A stretch of DNA of 32,000 nt from Enterobacteriaceae endosymbiont of Donacia provostii (lineage in GTDB: Bacteria; Pseudomonadota; Gammaproteobacteria; Enterobacterales; Enterobacteriaceae), in NCBI RefSeq assembly GCF_012570145.1, contig NZ_CP046206.1, positions 361,794 through 393,793 of the forward strand. Direction: 5' to 3'. This document shows, piece after piece, positions 1-11,006 of this stretch. Positions within the stretch are counted from its first letter, which is position 1. The number at the start of each line of letters is the position of its first letter. A model generated the notes under the pieces. The model had not been told where the DNA came from, searched no databases, and worked only from the letters and a program-made list of their open reading frames with translations. The position numbers were made by a program, and so were the translations under genes.

Positions 1-108
1 GTTTCATAATCATAAAATAAAAAATTAAATTTTAATTTTTTTTTCTTTAACATAGTATATAATACTACTATATTATTATTATTTTAACAATAGTAATTAA
101 TTTAATAT

Positions 109-193
109 GGTGAGGTGGCCGAGTGGTTGAAGGCGCATGCCTGGAAAGTATGTATATGGAAACATATCAGGGGTTCAAATCCCCTTCTCACCG
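109..193 (+). tRNA. tRNA-Ser, anticodon GGA
   Basis: Hand-folded cloverleaf. Acceptor stem GGTGAGG(109-115)/TCTCACC(186-192) includes one G-U pair; discriminator is G193. D arm is GCC/GGC. Anticodon stem is CATGC/GTATG with loop CTGGAAA, placing anticodon GGA at 143-145. A long variable arm (ATATG-GAAA-CATAT) is typical of Ser. T arm is AGGGG-TTCAAAT-CCCCT. No 3' CCA is encoded. Confidence 0.93.
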
Positions 194-238
194 AAAAATA
201 ATATTTTTAACTATTTTAAAAATAAATGATCTCAAGAA

Positions 239-814
239 ATGTTCGATATAAATTTAACTGAAATAATGTATAAATACGGTTATTTAATAATATTATTAAG
301 TTCTTTAATTGAATGGGAAACATTTATTATTATTGCTGGTATGTTAGCACATAAAAAAATTCTTAATTTAAATAAAATTATAATCATTACTATAATAGGT
401 TCTATATTAAGTAATCAAATATTATTTTATATAGGTAAAAAATATGGTAAAAGTTTATTATCTTTTTTAAAAAATTACAATGTAAAAATTCAAAAATATA
501 GTCTTCTTTTAAAGAAGTATCCTTATTTTTTTATTATTATTACAAGATTTATTTATGGATTTAGATTAATTAGTCCCATAATAATGGGTATTACAAATAT
601 TTCTAATATAAATTTTTTTTTATTAAATATTATTGGAGCTTTTATTTGGACTATTTTTTTTACTACTTCTGGATATTTTTTTGGAGAAATAATATCAAAA
701 AGTATAAAAGATACTACTAAAATTAGTAAATATTTTTTATATTTTTTTTTATTATTATTAATAATAATATTTATATTTAAATTTTTACAAAAAAAAAATA
801 GATATTTTAAATAA
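239..814 (+). CDS. yohD: DedA-family inner membrane protein, YohD-like
   Basis: 191-aa polytopic ORF. The segments KYGYLIILLSSLIEWETFIIIAG, KYPYFFIIITRFIYGFRLISPII and LNIIGAFIWTIFFTTSGYFFG align with my recollection of E. coli YohD (192 aa). Paralogue assignment within the DedA family is less certain than the family call. Confidence 0.6.
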   Translation: MFDINLTEIMYKYGYLIILLSSLIEWETFIIIAGMLAHKKILNLNKIIIITIIGSILSNQILFYIGKKYGKSLLSFLKNYNVKIQKYSLLLKKYPYFFIIITRFIYGFRLISPIIMGITNISNINFFLLNIIGAFIWTIFFTTSGYFFGEIISKSIKDTTKISKYFLYFFLLLLIIIFIFKFLQKKNRYFK

Positions 815-837
815 TTAAATTTTATAAAATTTAATTA
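812..837. terminator. 26-bp perfect A/T-only palindrome between convergent yohD and nuoN, candidate bidirectional terminator
   Basis: TAATTAAATTTTA|TAAAATTTAATTA, checked base by base. It contains the yohD stop (812-814) and the nuoN stop (831-833). It has no G-C pairs, so the hairpin would be weak. Confidence 0.3.
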
Positions 838-2300
838 ATCATTAATTGAGTTATTAATTGTGGATATAATCCTAATATAATTGTTATTATAGCAAATAAT
901 AATAATAAATTTTTTACAAAAAAGTAATAATAATTATTCTCTATTTTATTAAAATAAATAATCTTATTTATTTTAGATGGTTTTAAATACAAACTAATAA
1001 TAATTTTTAAATAATAATATATACCCATAGAACTACCAAAAATAATTATATTAGCTAAATACCACATTTTCATTTTTATACTTAAAGCTATTAAATAAAA
1101 TTTAGATATAAATCCTATTGTAATAGGAATACCTGCTAGAGATAAAAACATTACTGTTAAAGTAAAAGCTAAAATAGGATCATACCAAAATAAACCACGA
1201 TAATAATATAATTTATCTATATTAATTTCATTAACATTAAAACTAGAAAATATACTCATTACACCTAAAATACCTAAATGATTAATTAAATATCCAATTA
1301 TATATATAATCATCATTTCTAAAGAAAAAATATATGTTTCATATTTTTGATTATAAATTAACATTATTAACATATAACCTATATGTGATATAGATGAATA
1401 TGCTAATAAACGTTTAATATTATCTTTATGAACAATACCCAAAATATTACCAAATAATATTGATAATATAGATAATAAAACTATAATTTTTAATATAAAA
1501 GTTTGCATATAATAAATATATGTAAAATTAATTAAAAATTTAAATAAAAATATAAAAATCGATATTTTACTAAATGTAGATAAAAATAATGTAACAATAG
1601 TTGGCGATCCTTGATAAACATCTGCAGTCCATAAATGAAATGGTACTATAGATAATTTAAATCCTAAACTAATTATTATTAATAATAAACCAATAATTGT
1701 TAAATAATTTATATTAAAAAAATTATGTACAATATCATTATTTAATAAATTAATAAAATTTAAATTACCATTATCTAAATAAATAAAAGATATACCTAAT
1801 ATTAAAAATGACGAAACTATTATAGAAATAATAGTATATTTTATACTAGCTTCTAAAGAATTTTTTAATGTTGTATTAAAAAATATTAATCCAAAAGTAG
1901 GTATAGATATTAATTCTATTCCAACTAACATTGAAATTAAATTAACTGAATCTAATAATACTAAACTTCCTATAGAAGAAATTATAATTAATAAATAAAA
2001 TTCATCTCTATTATCTTTAAAAGAAGATAACCACTTATAAGCTAATAAGCATATTATTATATTATTTAATAATATAATAATTTTATATAGATTTGAATAT
2101 TTATCTTGTAAAAATAAATTATCCATAAAAAAATTATTTTTGTATATATAAACAATAGATATTATTGTTAATATAAAACTAATAATTGTGATAATTAAAC
2201 TTGTTTTATTATCACGTTTTATAGATATTTTCATTAACAATAATATTAATGAAAGAATATTAATAATTAAAGGTATTAATGATATTATTGATTTAGTCAT
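831..2300 (-). CDS. nuoN: NADH-quinone oxidoreductase subunit N
   Basis: 489-aa polytopic antiporter-like (ND2 family) ORF. It is the last gene of a colinear nuoA-N array. Its C-terminal LGLYPQL motif parallels GFYPQL in NuoM. Confidence 0.93.
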   Translation of the reverse strand: MTKSIISLIPLIINILSLILLLMKISIKRDNKTSLIITIISFILTIISIVYIYKNNFFMDNLFLQDKYSNLYKIIILLNNIIICLLAYKWLSSFKDNRDEFYLLIIISSIGSLVLLDSVNLISMLVGIELISIPTFGLIFFNTTLKNSLEASIKYTIISIIVSSFLILGISFIYLDNGNLNFINLLNNDIVHNFFNINYLTIIGLLLIIISLGFKLSIVPFHLWTADVYQGSPTIVTLFLSTFSKISIFIFLFKFLINFTYIYYMQTFILKIIVLLSILSILFGNILGIVHKDNIKRLLAYSSISHIGYMLIMLIYNQKYETYIFSLEMMIIYIIGYLINHLGILGVMSIFSSFNVNEINIDKLYYYRGLFWYDPILAFTLTVMFLSLAGIPITIGFISKFYLIALSIKMKMWYLANIIIFGSSMGIYYYLKIIISLYLKPSKINKIIYFNKIENNYYYFFVKNLLLLFAIITIILGLYPQLITQLMIN

Positions 2301-2351
2301 AAAATTTTCTATTTATTTAAATAATGTATATTAAATAATATATAAATTAAA

Positions 2352-3869
2352 TTAATAATTTATCATTATTATTCTATTATATATACTATTAATAGTATTA
2401 TTTGATATATTTAAAATTAATTGTGGATAAAATCCTAAAATTACTAATAAAATTAATAATATAAATAAAATAATTTTTTCTCTTAAAAACATATTTTTTT
2501 CTAAAATATTTATTTTAATTTTAGAACCATAAAAAATTTTTTGTATCATATTCAAAGAATAAATACTAGTAAATAATAAACTAAAAGTAGCAATACATGC
2601 ATAAACAGGATACTTATAAAAAGTACCTAATAAAATTAAAAATTCTCCTATAAAATTTCCTGTACCTGGTATACCAATACTAGCTAAAGCAAAAAAAATA
2701 AATAAACCTGGTAACATATTTATTTTATTCCATATTCCTCCCATTAATTGAATATTACGTGTTTTTAATCTTTCATATATTTGTCCACAAATAATAAATT
2801 GTGCAGCAGCTGAAATACCATGTGATATCATTTGTATTATTACACCTTGATAAGCTAATTTATTAAAACTATAAATTCCTATCAAAATATATCCCATATG
2901 AGATATTGATGTATAAGCTATAATTTTTTTTATATCATTTTGTATATAAGCCATCCAAGATCCATAAAAAATACCTAATACTCCTAATATTATTGCAATA
3001 GATGAAAATTTTAAAGATGATATAGGAAATAATGGTAATATAAATCTTAATAAACCATAAGCAGCAGTTTTTAATAAAATACCAGCTAAATCAACAGATC
3101 CTGCAGTTGGAGCTTGACTATGTGCATCAGGTAACCATCCATGAAATGGAATAATAGGCATTTTTACTGCAAATGCAATGAAAAAAGATAACATTAATAA
3201 AAATTCTGTTTTTAAATTTAAATGATGATTTAATAAATCTTTATACTCAAAAGTTAATATACCAGTAGATTTATAATAAAAAAAAACTAAAGATAAAATT
3301 CCACATAGCATTAATAAACCACTAGATTGTGTATAAATAAAAAATTTAGTTGCTGCTTTAATACGGCTACGTCCTTTAATATCTTTATGTCCCCATAAAG
3401 ATATTAAAAAATACATAGGTAATAACATTATTTCCCAAAATAAAAAAAATAAAAACATGTCTACAGATAAAAATACTCCAATAACTCCACTTAAAATCCA
3501 TAATAAATTTAAATGGAAAAAACCATGAAGTTTTTTAATTTCATTCCAAGAACATATAATAGCCATTATACCTAATAATCCAGTTAAATTTATCATTATT
3601 AATGATAATTCGTCCATAGCTAAATGAAAATGGATTCCAAATCTGGGAATCCATTTTAACATAAATTCCGAAATCCATATAGGATATTGAAAATATATAT
3701 TTTTTTTAGAAAAATATGTGTATAAAATTAATTGAATAATAGATATTATGAAAATAAAACTAATAGAAATTAAAGATATCCAACGAGGAAATTTAGAATT
3801 TATTTTTTCACTTTGCCAACAAATTAAACCACTAAAAAAAGGTATTAATATAAAACAGGGTAATAACAT
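2352..3869 (-). CDS. nuoM: NADH-quinone oxidoreductase subunit M
   Basis: 505 aa, ND4-like. It carries the FHGWLPDAHSQAPTAGSV motif and sits between nuoL and nuoN. Confidence 0.95.
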   Translation of the reverse strand: MLLPCFILIPFFSGLICWQSEKINSKFPRWISLISISFIFIISIIQLILYTYFSKKNIYFQYPIWISEFMLKWIPRFGIHFHLAMDELSLIMINLTGLLGIMAIICSWNEIKKLHGFFHLNLLWILSGVIGVFLSVDMFLFFLFWEIMLLPMYFLISLWGHKDIKGRSRIKAATKFFIYTQSSGLLMLCGILSLVFFYYKSTGILTFEYKDLLNHHLNLKTEFLLMLSFFIAFAVKMPIIPFHGWLPDAHSQAPTAGSVDLAGILLKTAAYGLLRFILPLFPISSLKFSSIAIILGVLGIFYGSWMAYIQNDIKKIIAYTSISHMGYILIGIYSFNKLAYQGVIIQMISHGISAAAQFIICGQIYERLKTRNIQLMGGIWNKINMLPGLFIFFALASIGIPGTGNFIGEFLILLGTFYKYPVYACIATFSLLFTSIYSLNMIQKIFYGSKIKINILEKNMFLREKIILFILLILLVILGFYPQLILNISNNTINSIYNRIIMINY

Positions 3870-3919
3870 AAAATTTCCTAATTATATTTATAATATGTAA
3901 TATATAAAAATTAAATTTA

Positions 3920-5803
3920 TTATATAAAATAATAATGATTATTAATAAATATTGTAAAATATAATAAAATTATTATTGTTCCTATATATATCATTGATAT
4001 ATACCAACGGATATCTCCATTTTGGCTTATTAATAATATTTTTCCTGTTTTGCTTAAAAATTTAATAAAAAAATAATCTATAATTTTGGCAATAGGATCA
4101 TTTTTTATTAAAAATAAAAATTTTTTAAAAATATATGTAAATATATTTACATATATATAATCAATATAATAACCGTTGAAAAAAAAATTATTTATATAAT
4201 TAAAAAAATAATAATTTTGATTAATAATCTTATTTATTATAACATTATTTTTTATATATAAAATATATAAAAAATAACTAATAATGAAAATTAATATAGA
4301 TAATATTTCTATTATAAAATAATTTTGATGATTAAATATTAATAATTTGTTAGGTAGTAAAAATTTTTTTTTTATTGGTAAAAATATTACACTAATGTAA
4401 CTAGATAATATCATTAATATTATTAATGGAATATTATGCATTAATTGATTATTTTTTATTTCTTGCAAAAAATTTTTATTTTTACTATAAAAAATTTTAT
4501 CAATCATTCGAATAGTATATAAAAAAGTAAAAAAACTACCTATCAAACTTATAATAAATAAAATAGTATATTTACTGATAAAAATTTCATATAATATTTT
4601 TTCTTTTGTAAAACCACTCATAGTAATAAAAGGTATTGAAATTAAAGACATTGAACCAAATAAAAAAACATAATATAAGAATGGAGATTTTTTTTTTATT
4701 CCTCCCATTTTAAATATATTCTGTTCATTTTTACATAAAAAAATAATAGATGCAGCACATAAAAAAAGTAATGCTTTAAAAAAAGCATGTGATATTATAT
4801 GAAATAAAGAAGCTTTCCATAAACTAAGACCTAATGCTAAAAACATATATCCAATTTGACTCATTGTAGAATATGCTAAAATACTTTTAATATTTTTCTG
4901 TATCATTGCAGAATAACCAGATAATAATATTGTTATTGCACCAATAATACTGCATAAAAAAAGTATATCATTATTCATTAAAAATAATATATTATTACGT
5001 AAAATTAAATAAATACCAGCAGTAACCATAGTTGCTGCATGAATCATAGCAGATACAGGAGTAGGTCCTGCCATTGCATCTATTAACCAGGTATTTAATG
5101 GAAATTGTGCAGATTTACTTAAGGATCCTATTATAATCATAATAGATATTATTTTCAAATAATATGATTTATAATAAATTAAAGATGATGTAGAAATATT
5201 TAATATTTCTATAAAATTAAAAGAATTAAATATTCGAAATATAAAAAACATTCCAATAATTAGAAAAATATCACTAAAACGAGTAATTAAAAATGCTTTT
5301 ATAGCAGATAATCCATTTAATGATTTTTTATAAAAAAATCCTATCAATAAATAAGAACATACTCCTACTCCTTCCCATCCAAAAAACATTAAAATAAAAT
5401 TATCAGCTAAAATTAATAATGTCATATTAGCAATAAACAAATTAGTATATGCAAAAAATCTAGAATATCCTTTTTCATTTTTCATATACCAAACAGAAAA
5501 TATATGAATAAAAAATCCTACCCATGTAGTAATAAACAACATAACCAAGGATAACATATCTAAATATAAGTTAAAATCAACATGAAGAGAATTAATATTT
5601 AATATATTCCATAATGATTGTTTATAAAATAATAATTTATTATTTAAAAAAATACATCCAATTATTAATGTTAATAATGCACTTACACCTATAAAAAAAA
5701 TTCCAATTATTGAAATTTGATTCTTACTTAAATAAGTAGAAAATAGTGATAATAATAAAAAGCTAATTAATGGCATTAAAATAATTAAAAAAAGGCATTT
5801 CAT
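3920..5803 (-). CDS. nuoL: NADH-quinone oxidoreductase subunit L
   Basis: 627 aa, ND5-like. It carries WLIDAMAGPTPVSAMIHAATMVTAG. Its start overlaps the nuoK stop by 4 nt (ATGA). Confidence 0.95.
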   Translation of the reverse strand: MKCLFLIILMPLISFLLLSLFSTYLSKNQISIIGIFFIGVSALLTLIIGCIFLNNKLLFYKQSLWNILNINSLHVDFNLYLDMLSLVMLFITTWVGFFIHIFSVWYMKNEKGYSRFFAYTNLFIANMTLLILADNFILMFFGWEGVGVCSYLLIGFFYKKSLNGLSAIKAFLITRFSDIFLIIGMFFIFRIFNSFNFIEILNISTSSLIYYKSYYLKIISIMIIIGSLSKSAQFPLNTWLIDAMAGPTPVSAMIHAATMVTAGIYLILRNNILFLMNNDILFLCSIIGAITILLSGYSAMIQKNIKSILAYSTMSQIGYMFLALGLSLWKASLFHIISHAFFKALLFLCAASIIFLCKNEQNIFKMGGIKKKSPFLYYVFLFGSMSLISIPFITMSGFTKEKILYEIFISKYTILFIISLIGSFFTFLYTIRMIDKIFYSKNKNFLQEIKNNQLMHNIPLIILMILSSYISVIFLPIKKKFLLPNKLLIFNHQNYFIIEILSILIFIISYFLYILYIKNNVIINKIINQNYYFFNYINNFFFNGYYIDYIYVNIFTYIFKKFLFLIKNDPIAKIIDYFFIKFLSKTGKILLISQNGDIRWYISMIYIGTIIILLYFTIFINNHYYFI

Positions 5804-6102
5804 CCATTCATCTCACTTATTGAATTAATATTAATATTATTTTTATAATAGTATAATTTTATTAATAAAATTAATCCTATACAAGTTTCTATAGCTGATA
5901 TACTAATAGATATAATATACATAATTTCTCCTTCTGTTTGTCTCCAATAATTACCTGAAATTATACATGATAAAGCAGCAGAATTAATCATTAATTCAGT
6001 ACAAATTAAAATATATAACATATTATTTCTAATTAATACTCCTGTTAATCCGATAATAAATATGATCATAATAAATATTAAAATATGATATAAAGGTATC
6101 AT
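5800..6102 (-). CDS. nuoK: NADH-quinone oxidoreductase subunit K
   Basis: 100 aa with three transmembrane segments, ND4L-like. Position and length match E. coli NuoK. It ends in TGA. Confidence 0.92.
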   Translation of the reverse strand: MIPLYHILIFIMIIFIIGLTGVLIRNNMLYILICTELMINSAALSCIISGNYWRQTEGEIMYIISISISAIETCIGLILLIKLYYYKNNININSISEMNG

Positions 6103-6141
6103 TTTGTATTCTTCTTTATTGTAAAAAAAATAATTTAAATC

Positions 6142-6642
6142 TTAATGATTTTTTTTATTTCCTATATTTAAAATAATAATTATACCTGATAATAAAAGTA
6201 TGGAAATTAATTCTACAATAATTTTATATTGTGTAAATAAATTTAAACCAATATTTTCTATATTAACAAAATTATTAAGAATTAATTTTTTTACATACAA
6301 ATTTTTTAAAATATAAAATATTGATATTAAAAAAAAAATATTTATAATTAATATTTTAATTAAAAAAAATTTTTTTTTAATAAAATAAAGTTTTTCTTCT
6401 AATTCAATATGTTTATATTGTAGGAACATTAAAACAAATATAAATAATACAACAATAGCTCCAGCATATATAATAATCTCTAATGCTCCAGCAAAATAAT
6501 TACCTAATAAAAAAAATATACATGATATTGAAATTATTGAAATTAAAAAATTTATTAATACATAAATAGGATTAATAGTAATAATAACTAAAAACGAAAA
6601 AATTATTGATATAAATCCTAATATATATAATGTTATCTCCAT
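6142..6642 (-). CDS. nuoJ: NADH-quinone oxidoreductase subunit J
   Basis: 166-aa hydrophobic ND6-like ORF in the expected operon position (motif GALEIIIYAGAIVVLFIFVLM). Confidence 0.9.
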   Translation of the reverse strand: MEITLYILGFISIIFSFLVIITINPIYVLINFLISIISISCIFFLLGNYFAGALEIIIYAGAIVVLFIFVLMFLQYKHIELEEKLYFIKKKFFLIKILIINIFFLISIFYILKNLYVKKLILNNFVNIENIGLNLFTQYKIIVELISILLLSGIIIILNIGNKKNH

Positions 6643-6664
6643 ATAAAAGACCTCATAACATAAA

Positions 6665-7207
6665 TTATGGTAAAATATTTTTTATATCTACTTCTATATT
6701 TAACTCTTTTAAATTATTTTCTTTATTATTTTTAATTTTAACTCCTGAAACATCATAAAAATTGTATTTTAAATCTTTTCCAGGATTATTAATTAATAAA
6801 TCTTTTTTTTCATATATTAAATTTTTTCGATCAAATTCACATAATTCAAAATCTGGAATTAATTGAATTGCTGATGTAGGACAAGATTCTTCACAAAAAC
6901 CACAAAAAATACATCTAGAAAGATTGATTCTAAAAAATTTCGCGTATGATCGTCCATTTTTATTTATAGATTTTTTTAAAGATATACATCCTACTGGACA
7001 AACAACTGCACAAAGATTACAAGCAACACAACGTTCATTATTATTTAAATCAGATGTTAAAATTATTCTACCTCTATATCTTGGTGGTAAATAAATTTTT
7101 TTTTCTGGATACATTATTGTTTCTCTCTTACTAAAGAGATTAAGTAAAATAATAAAAATACTTCTTATTTGACTAATTATACCAATAAAAATTTTTTTCA
7201 TGTTCAT
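6665..7207 (-). CDS. nuoI: NADH-quinone oxidoreductase subunit I (2x[4Fe-4S] ferredoxin-type)
   Basis: 180 aa with two CxxCxxCxxxCP motifs: CVACNLCAVVCP and CIFCGFCEESCP. Confidence 0.96.
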   Translation of the reverse strand: MNMKKIFIGIISQIRSIFIILLNLFSKRETIMYPEKKIYLPPRYRGRIILTSDLNNNERCVACNLCAVVCPVGCISLKKSINKNGRSYAKFFRINLSRCIFCGFCEESCPTSAIQLIPDFELCEFDRKNLIYEKKDLLINNPGKDLKYNFYDVSGVKIKNNKENNLKELNIEVDIKNILP

Positions 7208-7226
7208 TATTAACTTTTTTTTAAAG

Positions 7227-8198
7227 TTATTTAAATTTTATTAAACAAGCAGTAATTATAAGATTAATTAATACTAATGGTAAACATACAAACCATCCAA
7301 AATATATTACTTTATCATAACGAGGTCTAGGTAATGATGCTCTTATTAAAAAAAATAATATTATAAATATAATAGTTTTAATTAAAAACCATATTATTGG
7401 TTGAAAAAATGGACCTAACCAACCTCCAAAAAATAAAATAACAATTAAAGAAGATAATACTATTATATTAATATATTCTCCTATAAAAAAAAGACCAAAT
7501 TTCATTCCAGAATATTCAATATGATAACCATCAATTAACTCCTGTTCTGTTTCAGGTTGATCAAAAGGATGTCTATGACATAATGCTATAGTAGAAATTA
7601 AAAATGGTATAAAACTAAAAAATTGAGAAATAATATTCCAACCATGATTATATTGATAATAAATAATATCTAAAAAATTAAATGATCCTGTTTGACAAAT
7701 AATACCCATTAATGATAATCCTAAGAAAATTTCATAACTAATAATTTGTGCAATACCTCTTATTACTCCTAATAAAGCATATTTATTATTACTTGATAAT
7801 CCTGCAAATAATATAGAATATATAGAAATACTAGCCATCATAAAAAAAAAAAGTATACCGATATTTAAATTTGATATTATTATATTTGGAGTTATAGGTA
7901 ATGTAGCAAATACAGATAATAATGTATTAAATGCTAAAATAGGTGCTAAATTAAATAATAATTTATTTGAAAAATGTGGAGTCCAATCTTCTTTAAACAT
8001 AATTTTTATCATATCAGCTAATACTTGAAAACAACCAAATAATCCTACTCTATTTGGACCATATCGATTTTGAAATAAAGCAAGAATACGTCTTTCTAAA
8101 AAACTTAAGAAAGCACTACTTATTAATAATATTAATAAGATTAATATTATTTTACATAAAAAAAAGAATTTTATAGAATAAAAATAAGATAATATCAT
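7227..8198 (-). CDS. nuoH: NADH-quinone oxidoreductase subunit H
   Basis: 323 aa, ND1-like. It carries [19 protein letters not shown] and [17 protein letters not shown]. It overlaps nuoG by 4 nt. Confidence 0.95.
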   Translation of the reverse strand: MILSYFYSIKFFFLCKIILILLILLISSAFLSFLERRILALFQNRYGPNRVGLFGCFQVLADMIKIMFKEDWTPHFSNKLLFNLAPILAFNTLLSVFATLPITPNIIISNLNIGILFFFMMASISIYSILFAGLSSNNKYALLGVIRGIAQIISYEIFLGLSLMGIICQTGSFNFLDIIYYQYNHGWNIISQFFSFIPFLISTIALCHRHPFDQPETEQELIDGYHIEYSGMKFGLFFIGEYINIIVLSSLIVILFFGGWLGPFFQPIIWFLIKTIIFIILFFLIRASLPRPRYDKVIYFGWFVCLPLVLINLIITACLIKFK

Positions 8199-10921
8199 TT
8201 TAATACCTTTATTTTTTCAATAATTTTTCCAAAAAAAGATAATGGAATATTTTTTGTTCCTAATGGAAGACTAATTAATCCTCGATTTAAAAAATCTGAA
8301 ATATATGTTTTTAATATAAAAATGTTATTTAAACAATATAATTTTATTAAATTATTATTTATAATTCCTAATTCTGTAGCATCATTTTTATTTAAAATTA
8401 CATAATAATTATTAAAATATTTTTTTATTAAATTAGATTTTTGTATTAAACTATGATTTTGAAATAAATGTTGATGTGCAATAATAGATAATTTATTATT
8501 ATTTATTATATATTTATCATATATTATTTTGATATCTATGTTATTTTTATTTTTATTTAAAATTTTAAATCCTGAACAACCATATTTAAATGAAATACCA
8601 ATTTGTTTTTGAAATTTATGTAATGATTGGGAAGAATTCCATCCAGGAGACCATAAAAATGGTATATGTTTATAATTAACATGTGAACCATAATTTCCTT
8701 CCATAGAAAAATTAAATATAGTATCTTTATCTTGAGGTTGTTGAGGTTCATGTATATGAACATTAGATAAAATCGATGTTCTTCCACTATATCTTATTGG
8801 AGATCTAGCAAATTTTCTATTATAAACTTTATAATTCGAATTAGGAGCTGATAAATGAATACCATCTAGTATGGGAATATATTTTTCACATTTTTTGATA
8901 ATTTCATCTAAAGTAATATCTTTTTTTAAATTTTTTAATTTTGAATATATTTCATATATCCATTTCCAACTTGCTTTTCTAGCATTATATTTATTATAAA
9001 AAAAAGGATCATAAACTTGAAAAAATCTTTGTGCTCTACCTTCATTATTAATAACAGTACCACTATTTTCCATAAAATTTGCTGTCGGTAAAATTATACT
9101 AGCTTTTTTCATAGTTCTAGTTAAAATATGATCTAATACAATTATATTAGGAATATTTTTTAAAAAATAATTAATTTTATTTTTATCTTCATAAAAATAT
9201 AAATCATTTTCCATTATAAAAACAGTATCTATATTAAAATTACTATGACTAATATTTTTTTTTTTAAATAAACTATTTAAAGATTTTCCTTTAATTAAAC
9301 TTATTCCCATACTATTCACTTTATTTAATACATAAAATAATCCTACATCCTTTTTATTTTTATATAATGATTGTGCTATTTTATAAGATGCTGAAATTAA
9401 TGATAAAGAATTAGAACCAGTTCCTGAAATAATCAAAGGTTTCGAAGAATTTAATAATATTTTAGAAACTTTTATAATTTTTTTTTTTAAAACTTTATCA
9501 TTTATAATATAATTATTATTATTTAAATAATCTGCTAATATAAAACCAAATTTAGATTGATTAAAATTTGATGTATAATAATTGAATATAGAAATATCAT
9601 CTAACAATGTTTTGTCATTACTAGTGATTAATAAAGGATTTAATTTTTTATTTTTTATATTTAAAATTGCATCAGCATTCCAATATGGAATATTAAAATC
9701 ATTATTTTTAATATTAAAATTTTTTTTTATAGCTTGTCTAACTGCTAAAGCAGCTCTAGGATTTGTATTACTTAAATCTTCTCCTAGTATTAAAATACTA
9801 TCATAATTTTCAATTTCAGATAATGTAGGAAAATATATTTTTGTATTTTTTATTATATCAATAATATAATTAATTTGTTTTTTTTCATTTTTTAAAATAC
9901 CTAAATAAAAATTTTTTTTTCCCACTAATTTTTTTAAAATAAAATTACTTTCTATACTTGCTCTAGGTGAGCCAATACCAATAATATTTTTAGAATTTAA
10001 TATGATATGAATAATTTTTTTTATAATTTCTTTATGATTTGAAATTATTTTCTTGTTTTTTTTATAGTATATAATTTTAATAGGATTATTTTTTAAATAA
10101 GTATATTCATAACCAAAATAACCTTTATCACACAAAAAATAATGATTTATTTTTTCATGGAATCTATTTTGTATACTAGATAATTTCCCATAACGTTCTC
10201 CAATAAAAATATTACATCCTAATGAACAATTTTGACAAATACTTGGAGCATATTGTAAATCCCATTTTCTAGCATAATTTTGATTATAAATTTTATCCGT
10301 GAAAACTCCAGTAGGACATAATTCAATTAAATTTCCAGAAAATGGATTTTTTAATTTTCCGTTTGAATATCTACCAAAATAAATAATATTTTTAGATCCG
10401 AAAACATTAAAATCTTGACCATCTGCATAATCTTTATAAAATCTTACACAACGATAACATGTAATACAACGATTCATTGTATGAGAAATAAAAGGACCTA
10501 AATATTGATTTTTATATTGTCTTTTAGGAAAATTATATCTTCTATTATGATGTCCAGTCATAACAGTCATATCTTGTAAATGACAACTACCACCTTCATC
10601 ACAAATAGGACAATCATGTGGATGATTTAACATTAATAACTCAATATTTTTTTTACGGAAATTAATTAGATCATTATCATAAATAATAATTTTTGTATTA
10701 TGAATAGGAGAAGACATACATGACATAATTATATGATTTTTATTTTGATCTGAATCATTTAATTGCTTAATTGCACATTGACGACATGAACCTATACTTC
10801 CTAAAATAGGATGCCAACAAAAATATGGTATATCAAAACCTAAAGATAAACATATTTTTAATAAATTATCTTTTTCATTAACTTTATATACTTGCCCTTC
10901 TATATTAATATTAATCATCAT
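8195..10921 (-). CDS. nuoG: NADH-quinone oxidoreductase subunit G
   Basis: 908 aa. N-terminal Fe-S cysteine clusters are present ([41 protein letters not shown]), followed by a molybdopterin-oxidoreductase-like body. Confidence 0.96.
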   Translation of the reverse strand: MMININIEGQVYKVNEKDNLLKICLSLGFDIPYFCWHPILGSIGSCRQCAIKQLNDSDQNKNHIIMSCMSSPIHNTKIIIYDNDLINFRKKNIELLMLNHPHDCPICDEGGSCHLQDMTVMTGHHNRRYNFPKRQYKNQYLGPFISHTMNRCITCYRCVRFYKDYADGQDFNVFGSKNIIYFGRYSNGKLKNPFSGNLIELCPTGVFTDKIYNQNYARKWDLQYAPSICQNCSLGCNIFIGERYGKLSSIQNRFHEKINHYFLCDKGYFGYEYTYLKNNPIKIIYYKKNKKIISNHKEIIKKIIHIILNSKNIIGIGSPRASIESNFILKKLVGKKNFYLGILKNEKKQINYIIDIIKNTKIYFPTLSEIENYDSILILGEDLSNTNPRAALAVRQAIKKNFNIKNNDFNIPYWNADAILNIKNKKLNPLLITSNDKTLLDDISIFNYYTSNFNQSKFGFILADYLNNNNYIINDKVLKKKIIKVSKILLNSSKPLIISGTGSNSLSLISASYKIAQSLYKNKKDVGLFYVLNKVNSMGISLIKGKSLNSLFKKKNISHSNFNIDTVFIMENDLYFYEDKNKINYFLKNIPNIIVLDHILTRTMKKASIILPTANFMENSGTVINNEGRAQRFFQVYDPFFYNKYNARKASWKWIYEIYSKLKNLKKDITLDEIIKKCEKYIPILDGIHLSAPNSNYKVYNRKFARSPIRYSGRTSILSNVHIHEPQQPQDKDTIFNFSMEGNYGSHVNYKHIPFLWSPGWNSSQSLHKFQKQIGISFKYGCSGFKILNKNKNNIDIKIIYDKYIINNNKLSIIAHQHLFQNHSLIQKSNLIKKYFNNYYVILNKNDATELGIINNNLIKLYCLNNIFILKTYISDFLNRGLISLPLGTKNIPLSFFGKIIEKIKVLK

Positions 10922-10980
10922 ATATATTCCTAAATACTATTTAGTAATAGTAAAATATTTTTATTTATAATATATAAGTT

Positions 10981-11006
10981 AAAAAATTTTTATATAAAAA
11001 TTTTTT
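10981..11006. repeat. 26-bp perfect A/T-only palindrome in the nuoF-nuoG spacer
   Basis: AAAAAATTTTTAT|ATAAAAATTTTTT, checked base by base. Its right end overlaps the first base of the nuoF stop codon (11006-11008). Confidence 0.6.

Noticed and set aside
1-108. Possible minus-strand gene start (CAT at 5-7), a TATAAT-like hexamer at 58-63 upstream of tRNA-Ser, and an A/T hairpin at 19-41.
   Set aside because: The putative gene would lie almost entirely outside the window. TATAAT-like strings and A/T hairpins are too frequent in this sequence to support a call without transcript mapping.
5800-5802. Possible genetic-code change (UGA read as Trp), as in some tiny symbiont genomes.
   Set aside because: TGA terminates nuoK at exactly the expected 100 aa. 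Trp is encoded by TGG in conserved positions, and no conserved gene needs read-through of an internal TGA. The standard bacterial code fits.
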